Assembly (NCBI GenBank): GCA_012295275.1
Contig: CM022673.1
Coordinates: forward strand, 19,468,001 to 19,532,000
Source: Chrysomallon squamiferum
Taxonomy: Eukaryota > Animalia > Mollusca
Length of the DNA: 64,000 nt
Direction of reading: 5' to 3'
A program made the position numbers and the translations under genes. Shown one piece after another: positions 24,001-35,420 of the stretch. Positions within the stretch are counted from its first letter, which is position 1; each line of letters starts with the position of its first letter. The notes under the pieces are model-generated. The model was not told where the DNA came from. It saw only the letters and a program-made list of their open reading frames with translations, and searched no databases.

Positions 24001-27000
24001 AAGAAAACTGATAAAACAATGGTTTCAATACCTCAACATTATTATAACTTTGAAATAGTTTAATTTAAACAGTATGTTTACAAATTCATGCAGTAACTAT
24101 GTATCTGTTCTTTATGATTCAACAAATATATAAACTCCATAGAGAAAATAAACTAGGACATAGCACACATTAATAATAAAGTCAGAGAATCTCAGGAAGT
24201 GAAGAAACTGAAAAGGAAAGGATGGAACTTTTCAGAGAAAAACACACAACAGTCCATGCAAAAGTGTAATTCAATTTGTTACTAGGCATATGACACGTTT
24301 TAACCATTTTTGACTCAAATAACAGAATAATAGTGTGTATTTTGTGAAAGAAAAAAACCAGTTACATGAAATTTGGGTCTTACCTTTGGAAGTGGACAGC
24401 ATCCCCATTGACCAGTTTTCAGTTTACAACAAGTGTCTCCAGATGGACACGAATACTCTGGGTCACACTGCACATTCTCAGATTTTGTTACTATTGCTGT
24501 TGTTTTTGGTAACCATGGATATGATGTACCATCTTGTTTAATACATCGACCTTGACTGACATCACAAGTTGTAAGATGTGGACAACAGTGAACACCGTCA
24601 GAACAACAGACAGCCTGGGGTTAAAAAATATAATCTTTTTATAATTCAAATAGTCGACAGTATCAAAGCACGTAAGTGAAATATTTAATGTAAAACAGAA
24701 ATTATTAATAAGTTAAAGTTTGTCTGAAGAAAATTGATAAAAACAATGGTTTCAATACCTCAACATTATTATAATAACATTGAAATAGTTTAATTTAAAC
24801 AATATGTTTACAAATTCATGCAGTAACTATGTATCTGTTCTTTATGATTCTACAAATATATAAACTCCATAGAGAAAATAAACTAGGACATAGCACACTT
24901 TAATAACAAAGTCAGAGAATCTCAGGAAGTGAAAAAACTGAAAAGGAAACGATGGAAACTTTTAGACACAAACACACGACAGTACAAGCAAAAGTGTGAT
25001 TCAATTTGTTACTAGGCATATGTCACATCATAACTATTTTTCACTCAAATGACAGAATAACAATGTATTTTTTGTGAAAGCACATAGTAGTTTTTTAAAC
25101 TTGGGTCCTACCTTTGGAAGTGGACAACATCCCCACTGACCAGTTTTCAGTTTACAACAAGTGTCTCCAGATGGACACGAATACTCTGGGTCACACTGAA
25201 CGTTCTCAGATTTTGTTACTATTGCTGCACTTTTTGGTAACCATGGATATGATGTACCATCTTGTTTAATACATCGACCTTGACTGACATCACAAGTTGT
25301 AAGATGTGGACAACAGTGAACACCGTCAGAACAACAGACAGCCTGAGGTTAAAAAATATAATCTTTTAAATATTCAAAGAGTCAACAGTATCAAAGCACA
25401 TAAATGAAATATTTAATGTAAAACAGAAATTGTTTATATGCTAAAGTTTGTCACAAAAAAATGGGTAAAAACAATGGTTTCAACACTTCAACATCATTAT
25501 AATAACTTGGAAACAATTTAATTTAAACAGTGTGTTTACAAATTCTGGCAGTACCAATGTATCTGTTCCTTATAATTCTACAAATATATAAATTCTATCC
25601 AGAACATAAAATAGCCAAAGCACAATTTAATAATAAAGTCAGAGAATCTCAGGGAGTGAAAAAACTGAAAAGGAAACGATGGAAACTTTTAGAGACAAAC
25701 ACACAACAGTACAAGCAAAAGTGTAATTCAATTTGTTACTAGCCATATGTCACATCATAACTATTTTTCACTCAAATGACAGAATAACAATGTGTTTTTG
25801 TGAAAGCAGATAGTAGTTTCTTAAACTTGGGTCCTACCTCTGGAAGTGGACAGCATCCCCATTGACCAGTTTTCAGTTTACAACAAGTGTCTCCAGATGG
25901 ACACGAATACTCTGGGTCACACTGCACATTCTCAGATTTTGTTATTATTGCTGTTGTTTTCGATAACCATGGATATGATGTACCATCTTGTTTAATACAT
26001 CGACCTTGACTGACATCACAAGTTGTAAGATGTGGACAACAGTGAACACCGTCAGAACAACAGACAGCCTGGGGTTAAAAAATATAATGTTTTAAATATT
26101 CAAATAGTGGAAACTTTCAAAGCACATAAGTGACATATTTAATGTGAAACAGAAATTATTTATAAGTTAAAGTTTGTCTGAAGAAAATTGATAAAAACAA
26201 TGGTTTCAATACCTCAACATTATTATAATAACATTGAAATAGTTTAATTTAAACAATATGTTTACAAATTCATGCAGTAACTATGTATCTGTTCTTTATG
26301 ATTCTACAAATATATAAACTCCATAGAGAAAATAAACTAGGACATAGCACACTTTAATAACAAAGTCAGAGAATCTCAGGAAGTGAAAAAACTGAAAAGG
26401 AAACGATGGAAACTTTTAGACACAAACACACGACAGTACAAGCAAAAGTGTAATTCAATTTGTTACTAGGCATATGTCACATCATAACTATTTTTCACTC
26501 AAATGACAGTATACCAATGTATTTTTTGTGAAAGCAGATAGTAGTTTTTTAAACTTGGGTCCTACCTTTGGAAGTGGACAACATCCCCACTGACCAGTTT
26601 TCAGTTTACAACAAGTGTCTCCAGATGGACACGAATAATCTGGGTCACACTGCACATTCTCAGATTTTGTTACTATTGCTGTTCTTTTATGTAACCATGG
26701 ATATGATGTACCATCTTGTTTAATACATCGACCTTGACTGACATCACAAGTTGTAAGATGTGGACAACAGTGAACACCGTCAGAACAACAGACAGCCTGG
26801 GGTTAAAAAATATAATGTTTTAAATATTCAAATAGTGGAAACTTTCAAAGCACATAAGTGAAATATTTAATGTAAAACAGAAATTATTTATAAGTTTGAA
26901 TAAAGTTTCTCCGAAGAAAATTGATAAAACAATGGTTTCAATACCTCAACATTATTATAACTTTGAAATAGTTTAATTTAAACAGTATGTTTACAAATTC

Positions 27001-30000
27001 ATGCAGTAACTATGTATCTGTTCTTTATGATTCAACAAATATATAAACTCCATAGAGAAAATAAACTAGGACATAGCACACATTAATAATAAAGTCAGAG
27101 AATCTGAAGGAGTGAAGAAACTGAAAAGGAAAGGATGGAACTTTTCAGAGAAAAACACACAACAGTCCATGCAAAAGTGTAATTCAATTTGTTACTAGGC
27201 ATATGACACGTTTTAACCATTTTTGACTCAAATAACAGAATAACAAGTGTGTTTTTGTGAAAGCAAAAACCAGTTACATGAAATTTGGGTCTTACCTTTG
27301 GAAGTGGACAGCATCCCCATTGACCAGTTTTCAGTTTACAACAAGTGTCTCCAGATGGACACAAATACTCTGGGTCACACTGCACATTCTCAGATTTTGT
27401 TACTATTGCTGTTGTTTTTGGTAACCATGGATATGATGTACCATCTTGTTTAATACATCGACCTTGACTGACATCACAAGTTGTAAGATGTGGACAACAG
27501 TGAACACCGTCAGAACAACAGACAGCCTGGGGTTAAAAAATATAATGTTTTAAATATTCAAATAGTGGAAACTTTCAAAGCACATAAGTGAAATATTTAA
27601 TGTGAAACAGAAATTATTTATAAGTTTGAATAAAGTTTCTCCGAAGAAAATTGATAAAAACAATGGTTTCAATACCTCAACATTATTATAACTTTGAAAT
27701 AGTTTAATTTAAACAGTATGTTTACAAATTCATGCAGTGACTATGTATCTGTTCTTTATGATTCAACAAATATATAAACTCCATAGAGAAAATAAACTAG
27801 GACATAGCACACATTAATAATAAAGTCAGAGAATCTGAAGGAGTGAAGAAACTGAAAAGGAAAGGATGGAACTTTTCAGAGAAAAACACACAACAGTCCA
27901 TGCAAAAGTGTAATTCAATTTGTTACTAGGCATATGACACGTTTTAACCATTTTTGACTCAAATAACAGAATAATAGTGTGTATTTTGTGAAAGAAAAAA
28001 ACCAGTTACATGAAATTTGGGTCTTACCTTTGGAAGTGGACAGCATCCCCATTGACCAGTTTTCAGTTTACAACAAGTGTCTCCAGATGGACACAAATAC
28101 TCTGGGTCACACTGCACATTCTCAGATTTTGTTACTATTGCTGTTGTTTTTGGTAACCATGGATATGATGTACCATCTTGTTTAATACATCGACCTTGAC
28201 TGACATCACAAGTTGTAAGATGTGGACAACAGTGAACACCGTCAGAACAACAGACAGCCTGGGGTTAAAAAATATAATGTTTTAAATATTCAAATAGTGG
28301 AAACTTTCAAAGCACATAAGTGAAATATTTAATGTGAAACAGAAATTATTTATAAGTTTGAATAAAGTTTCTCCGAAGAAAATTGATAAAAACAATGGTT
28401 TCAATACCTCAACATTATTATAACTTTGAAATAGTTTAATTTAAACAGTATGTTTACAAATTCATGCAGTGACTATGTATCTGTTCTTTATGATTCAACA
28501 AATATATAAACTCCATAGAGAAAATAAACTAGGACATAGCACACATTAATAATAAAGTCAGAGAATCTGAAGGAGTGAAGAAACTGAAAAGGAAAGGATG
28601 GAACTTTTCAGAGAAAAACACACAACAGTCCATGCAAAAGTGTAATTCAATTTGTTACTAGGCATATGACACGTTTTAACCATTTTTGACTCAAATAACA
28701 GAATAATAGTGTGTATTTTGTGAAAGAAAAAAACCAGTTACATGAAATTTGGGTCTTACCTTTGGAAGTGGACAGCATCCCCATTGACCAGTTTTCAGTT
28801 TACAACAAGTGTCTCCAGATGGACACGAATACTCTGGATCACACTGAACGTTCTCAGGTTTTGTTGCTATTGCTGCACTTTTTGGTAACCATGGATATGA
28901 TGTACCATCTTGTTTAATACATCGACCTTGACTGACATCACAAGTTGTAAGATGTGGACAACAGTGAACACCGTCAGAACAACAGACAGCCTGGGGTTAA
29001 AAAATATAATCTTTTAAGTATTTAAATAGAGGATGCTATCAAAGCACATAAATCAAATATGTAAGGTGAAACAGAAATTATTTTTATAGATCACTTAATC
29101 AGAAATAGTATTGGGAAAACAATGGTTTCATTACTTTGATGGGATTACAGGAATTTGTGAAACAGATTAACTTAAAAAGAATACATTTTGCATGGGAATA
29201 GCTGTTACTGTATTTAAATTCCATTATAGCAATGTGCAAAATAAACTGATGTGTCTATGTACGGTTATTATAAAATGCTTGTGGAATTTAAAACGTGATC
29301 TATACATGAGAAGTTTTGTATGTAATAAGAATAAGAGGAAACAAATTTTGGATTTTTTATATATATTTGCTGTTGAGATTTTTGATTTTCAGTATGACCA
29401 TTGTGATTATTGAAACAATTTGTGATATAATTCTGAAGTTCTAGAAATATAGTTTGTAATTATTTTCTTTTGAACCATAATGATGATTATAAGAATTGTG
29501 AAGAAATGAATCTGTTTAAAGGAAAAGATTCTAGTAAAACCTTTCAGGAAAATCTGAAGCAACTGAGCAAGAGGGCAGGAACCCCAAACATCAGCTGTAA
29601 GTTTATACTGACATTACATTTATCACCTATTGATGGAAATGTCAACAGCAATGAAATTATTTTGTGACTAGCATTATCACATCTGTGTTTTTGCATGTTA
29701 TATGTTGCAACTGTGAAGAGCAGTGTAAATGGTCAGGACAACAAACAGCCTACAATGAAAGTAAATTAAGGTAAGAAAGAAGCACAAACTGTGGTTTTTA
29801 ATACCCTGGTTATGGAACACATGATGGAATGGGAAGCAGTTATTTATAAAAATTAGTTTAAAATGAACAATAGCTCAGAATCCTTGCAACAGTTCAGGTA
29901 TGGTATTTTTTCTGAAATTTCTTTACAAACTCCTAAGTCAAGACCATGCATCTATTTCTGGACTATCAATGTACAGTAACTTTCTGAACCAGCAATGCTT

Positions 30001-33000
30001 TATGCAATATATTTGAAATTTATAAGAATATATTTAAAAGAATAATGTTTTTTAAAATGTATTTAAAAATTCATAAACAGCAGATGATGCAAATCAGTAA
30101 TAAAGTGGTATCTGAGAATAGCAGATGTTATCTAAAACAGCAATAGTTGCATCTTAAGCAGTTGGATTTATTATACAGCAGTCTTTCATCTTGATCTGTT
30201 TTAAAGCAGGACTTCAATTTGCCAAACTTTTGAAATGTACATTACACATACATCTGGTAGTGGACAGCAGCCATAAGTTCCTCCTGGCATAATACAGCAT
30301 GTGGTGCCATCAGGACATTGTGATCGCCCATCTGGACATACAACACAGTGAGGGTTCTCATGCACAAGTGATTTCTCAAGCACATTATGTTCTTCCAATA
30401 CTGTAAATGATTTTGCAGGAGTCTTTTCCATCCATGGCATCTTCACATTTTTCTTATAACATAAACCATGACTGACTTCACACAAACTGCCACTTGGACA
30501 ACAATGTGTGTAGTCTGAACAACAGACAGCCTGGAATGAGAAGTGTTTATATTATAAATTGTGTGTTTCTAGGAGTGCATCTTGGTGTACAAACAATTGC
30601 TCACCAGGTAATTGCTCACTGGATAATACCTCATCAGACAATTGCTCACTGCACAACTGCTCACTAGATAACACCTCATCGAACAACTGCTCACTACAAC
30701 TGCTGATCTTTTTAATCAATAAAATTTTATTTTAGATTATGGTATATACATGTTTGTACATATTTGGTTGGGAGTAGAAATCTCTCATAAATAAAAAAAT
30801 AATAAAATAAAAATAAGATAAAGATAGTTCCATATCAGCTATATTTTAAACAAGTTCAGAACATCATTTCAGCCTAAAAATGTTAGTACAAAAGTTCTTG
30901 AACAGCACATTATAGTTCAATCAAATACTGTGGGAGATATTCTGAAGATCTGGTCTAAATAATTCTGTAGTAATAGTTCCTCCAGATCTTCACAGTATCA
31001 AGAATGTTGTCATGGAGGAAAACCAACCATATCATCTTTCCAAAGATAGAAAGGCCAGACCATAGGAACCTCAAAAAGTTTAATCAAGTGGACTGTGTTA
31101 TTATGGGATTTTTTACTAATAAAATATTTAATAAAGTGTTATTAATAAAAAATACCTCTAAGGATGAGCAAATGTCCTATTTCTCACTTTATTGGTGAAC
31201 AAATGTCCAGTGAGAAATGTCTTATATTCATGCACTTGTATTTTAGAAGTTCTTAAGTGAGCGAGCAAAACAACATCTTTTTGAAGCTAGTCACATAACC
31301 TCTTTCACATGACCAGCTAATGGATAGGCAGTGCATGCAGCCACAGACACAAAAGACTGCATCAATTAAAGATTGGCACAAAGTGGAGATTTTTGTTCAC
31401 TGTCATTAAATTTCTTTAATGAGACTCACAGAGAAACAAAGGAGGAAACTAATAACCAGTTTCTTTATGGGTGGTTGAAAGCAATGAAGCTGGAAAAGTA
31501 GGAGCACATTTTTAATATTATTTACTCAGTCCTTTCTGCTCATAAATTTATACTTAACAGATACAGAATAGAAATTATTAATAAATATATTTTATGGAAT
31601 TAAGGCAATTTTGCTGACCAACTGCAAAATGCAGTTATGTGACTGTTGGACAAAATGGAGGCTAAATTTACTGAAACTTACAACTTCCAAGTGATATATT
31701 TAAAAAAACAAGGTGACTTAAAATTTCACTATGGATTAAAAGCAAAGTTTAGCACAAAAGGGCAATTATTTTGCCCATATTGCCATCTCATATGAACCCT
31801 TAAGCACAAATTAATATCCCATTCAGCATTCCCCTCCCATTAAAATATTATTCAATACGTTTTTCATTCCTCTGCAAGCATGCTCTTCAGCTATATTAAA
31901 AAACAGCAGGGCCATCACAGTCCTCTTCTACAACATTTTGAAATACTGTTGTATCTTTTTGCAGATTCAATATTATACAGTTCTGTATGTCTTTTAAAGT
32001 TTCTTTCATCTACTCTTTTCACGTAGGAAATATTAAATACTAATTTTCTTCTTTTTTTTTTCCTCCTTCAGTTTGACTATTTTAAGTAAAATTTACTTCA
32101 TACTAATTTTTTTTAAAGTAGCACATATACTAACTGTGTTAACATGAAAGCATGTTAATCTAAACTATATAACAAAAGGTATTGCTGTATAAGAAAAAAT
32201 CACATTAAAACAAAAATCAAACAATTATTGAAATATATAAATATGTTGATAAATAATGAAAATTCCCATGACTGGATATTTGTATTTGATGTGGATATAA
32301 ATTTTAATATTACTATCAATCAATTCAGTTTGAAAAATTCTACAGCTGAAAACTACTCTGAATTTATAAAATAGGTCATAGTTTTTATAAAAACAGTTTA
32401 TATATCAGAAGAAATTTAAAACAATACACTAAACAGTATAAATTAATTATATGTTCAAGTTTGTATGACCTGACAAACAGTTTTAGTTAATTCTTAACAT
32501 GAACTATACAATCATCATATCATTTACTCTTACATTGAGGAAAGGACAACAGCCACAGTGACCATTCTTCATTGGACAGCAGGTATTTCCATCTGAACAT
32601 TTTGCTGATTTGCAATTACAAATTACTTTTCTTCCTCTACCAGGTTTTAAGAATAATTTAAAATCCCTGACCTAAAAGGTTGAAGAAAAAAAAGAAATCA
32701 AATGAAGCAATGTATTAATATTTTCATAAGCTGGAAATAATTTTTTGTTTGGTTTATGCCTGTCAAAATGATCTGTATCAGACAGTTCAGTCACAAATGA
32801 AAATGTACCTCACCTCATATTAAGAGATCTTAAAGAGATACTGCTGTGACTATGTGGAAGATTGGGACTGAATTATTCAGACAATAAGATAAAATTTATG
32901 AGAAAAATAAAGAAGGAAATGCTGTAAACATTTAATTTCAGCTATGGGGTAATTAAGAGTCACCTTAAAGATTAAAAAAAGGACTATAATTTTTCGTATT

Positions 33001-33252
33001 GCCTGTTATGATTAATTATTAACAATTATTGCTGTCAATGGACTCATGTTATCTATGAAATTGGGATTTTACCTGTGATGGACAACATTCATATTGTCCA
33101 TCAAGTGTAATACAACAGAGGGTTCCTCTTGGACATTTAGTATGTTTATCTAGACAGATAACATTTTCTTCTTTTTGTGCAGGTTTAAATAACAGCTTTC
33201 CACCTGCTGTATAAGACAACAAACAACTCAGTATAAAAATGTACCATGGCAT
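18100..33252 (-). CDS. GRN: Progranulin (granulin precursor), ~1329 aa: signal peptide + half-granulin + 16 granulin modules
   Basis: All exons are phase 0 with GT-AG ends: 33252-33073 (signal MPWYIFILSCLLSYTAG + half module), 32671-32534, 30530-30252; twelve 231-nt exons starting at 28990, 28258, 27526, 26796, 26068, 25342, 24614, 23883, 23156, 22425, 21710, 20979; then 20249-20118, 19938-19813, 19143-18901, 18219-18100 (TGA). Granulin cysteine pattern e.g. CDPEYSCPSGDTCCKLKTGQWGCCPLPK|AVCCSDGVHCCPHLTTCDVSQGRC. Confidence 0.93.
20150..29080. repeat. Tandem array of ~730-bp units (231-nt granulin exon + ~500-bp intron), 12 full copies plus a partial copy
   Basis: Acceptor-to-acceptor spacings are 732, 732, 730, 728, 726, 728, 731, 727, 731, 715, 731, 730 bp. 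Exons and introns are both near-identical between copies. Confidence 0.95.
29563..29749 (-). pseudogene. Decayed granulin pseudo-exon inside GRN
   Basis: Intact acceptor ttgtag|GCT GTT TGT TGT CCT GAC reads AVCCPDHLHCSS..., then a frameshift and TAA at 29659-29657. A remnant WGSCPLAQ at 29586-29563 is followed by TT instead of GT. Confidence 0.7.
30575..31236. mobile_element. Putative MITE with inverted sub-terminal repeat arrays
   Basis: Cluster of (C)AATTGCTCAC-like motifs at 30593-30706, inverted GTGA(G)CAAATG-like motifs at 31166-31220, and terminal GTGCAT...ATGCAC. No clear target-site duplication. Confidence 0.4.
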
Positions 33253-33700
33253 CTGAAAAAAAAAAAAAATAATAATAATATAATAATAATAATAATAAAA
33301 GCCAAACTAGTAAATGAATTACGTTTAGTCTAAAACAGTATCTTTCAAGAGGTGTAGTTTGCTCAGATTGTCATCCAATACAGACTGATGTAAATCACTG
33401 AAAATAATGTAAATCTGAGGTGAATACAACAACATAAGGTTTTTATTGGGTTTTTTTTTTTTTTTTTTTTTTTCATAAATATTTAATTAATTATTTCTGT
33501 TATTGCAATATAACATTCAGTACAACCAGTGATCTCTTCTGATAAGGCGTACTTATGAACTTAATAATAAAAACCAAAAAAAAACAAAGTATATATTACA
33601 TACTTACATTGTAACAAACAGTGAAATAAATCTATGAACTTTAAAACAGCCAGGCACTTTGTGAAAGTAAAACACCGGGTTTCCTTACAAAATATTTTTA

Positions 33701-33734
33701 TCACATGACAAAGACACCACCAGTGATCATGTGA
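33701..33734. promoter_or_regulatory. Inverted pair of MiT/TFE (M-box-type) sites upstream of the GRN start exon
   Basis: TCACATGA at 33701-33708 and TCATGTGA at 33727-33734 match TCAYRTGA. Confidence 0.3.
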
Positions 33735-33912
33735 TACAGTTTCATCGCTTGTATTATTCATCAAAGAGAAAAGCCAAAAGACAACAGCAAAATATAATTA
33801 TCCTAATCTAACTATAATTAATATAAGATTATAATTTATTGTGTTATGTTTCCTTGATATAAATTTGTTTTTTAATAGTTCGATATATTTAATTGTTATT
33901 AGCGTTTTAAGC

Positions 33913-33953
33913 ATTTTGCCTTCTTTAAATCGACTTTCAATGATTAATATATA

Positions 33954-33990
<37 letters not shown>

Positions 33991-34021
33991 TCAATGAAAG
34001 ACGATTTAAAGAAGGCAAAAT
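33913..34021. repeat. Near-perfect ~109-bp palindrome centred on a (TA)n tract
   Basis: The left arm ATTTTGCCTTCTTTAAATCGACTTTCAATGATTAATATAT pairs with the right arm ATATATTAATCAATGAAAGACGATTTAAAGAAGGCAAAAT, with two A-A mismatches. Confidence 0.9.
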
Positions 34022-34236
34022 ATAGTACTTTTTTTTTTTTTTATCGAAAGATTGTTTCCAAAGCAACATATAAATGTATTATTTTAAAATAATTATTTTA
34101 CTACAAATATATGTCACATTATGTATGTGTGTGTTAATTCAAATTATTACTAAACAGATGAGGGCGAATGCGTAGACTTTGACAAGTTTGACGTTAATCC
34201 TGAGTTTCATTGACGAAATAAGGAATGTGGAGTAAA

Positions 34237-34302
<66 letters not shown>
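34237..34302. repeat. Compound (TG)n(AG)n microsatellite
   Basis: Read directly from the sequence. Confidence 0.9.
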
Positions 34303-34305
<3 letters not shown>

Positions 34306-35173
34306 ACAAATTAGGAAGACGTACAGTGATATATAACAGAATTACCCGATGAACCGCCATCAATCGATCTTTTCTACAATCAGAATTAAAGTTTTATTGT
34401 TGATAGTATTTCAGGTATAAAAATTATATTTTTCTAGCCAGTTAATTAAGAAGACTTTGGAGGAAATTAACTTGGCATGACCCAACCGAAAATAATTTTA
34501 ATCTGGTTCTGTTGATATCAGGTTGAACCAATTTTCTAACCACATCTTAGTACTTGTAACTAACAACAGTCCATTCATAGATGTATGATAACTGAGGTAC
34601 ATGCCCACTTCACAACGATAAAGGGCAGACGAATTATTACATAATTCAAAATAAAAGTTTTATTCCTTCTAGAAGTTTCATTGTTTAGAAACATTACGAC
34701 GGTAAGAAAAAAAAAATGCGTCTACTTCAGAAACCTATTCAGTTAAAAAAAAAAGGTCACATACTTTTATAACGAAATACCCAGCTATTCCGTTGCCATG
34801 TTTTATATAACAAAATGTTACATACATACATACATACATATATATATATTTAAGATAACAAAGCAAGTATTTTAGGTATTTTAGCACAAGTTTGGGATAT
34901 CTAGTAATTCGTAATAATTATCAGCAAACTCGTTACAACACAGTTAAGCACCAGTATCGGCGTGGCAAGAGTAACTATACACACGAAATTCACATAAGTT
35001 GAAAACATTAATCAATTTATGAGAACTAATTAGTCTTTGTTTCGTTTTGCGAACTTTTATTGCTTTTAACTGATTGATGGTTTATTATGTATTTTGAGCG
35101 GAGATTTAAACGTTGTGTATTTGAGCGGTCGATGTTCTTCAAAGATTAGTTTTTAGATTTTTTTTGTGTTGCG

Positions 35174-35207
<34 letters not shown>

Positions 35208-35301
35208 TTAAGAGCGGCGGCTTCAGCCATGTATAAATGTAATGCAACCAGATGACGAGGTATTCGTAATCTTTTTGAAAGTTTGAGTGTCCTTTGCCAT
35301 T

Positions 35302-35310
35302 ACCGGAAGT
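35302..35310 (+). promoter_or_regulatory. ETS/GABP-type site in the TMEM19 (possibly GRN-shared) promoter
   Basis: ACCGGAAGT lies about 110 bp upstream of the TMEM19 ATG, in a CpG-containing patch between the divergent genes. Confidence 0.5.
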
Positions 35311-35420
35311 TCCGACCGTTTTTCATAGCCGTCCAACAGTCTAATTATTAACTAGTGTCTATATCCTAGTACTTTCTGTAAATGGATTGATGTAATATAA
35401 AGTTAATTCTTAATTTTATA

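Noticed and set aside
20700-28917. Repeated 68-aa plus-strand ORFs (MYFVKEKNQLHE...), and the array as a possible CRISPR-like locus
   Set aside because: The ORFs are antisense shadows of the granulin exons with non-ATG starts. The units are ~730-bp exon+intron duplications without unique spacers.
32814-32867. Candidate 54-nt GRN cassette exon (ttcag|TCC...GAG|gtgagg)
   Set aside because: It has an in-frame TAG at codon 6 and no granulin features; the flanking exons join in frame without it.
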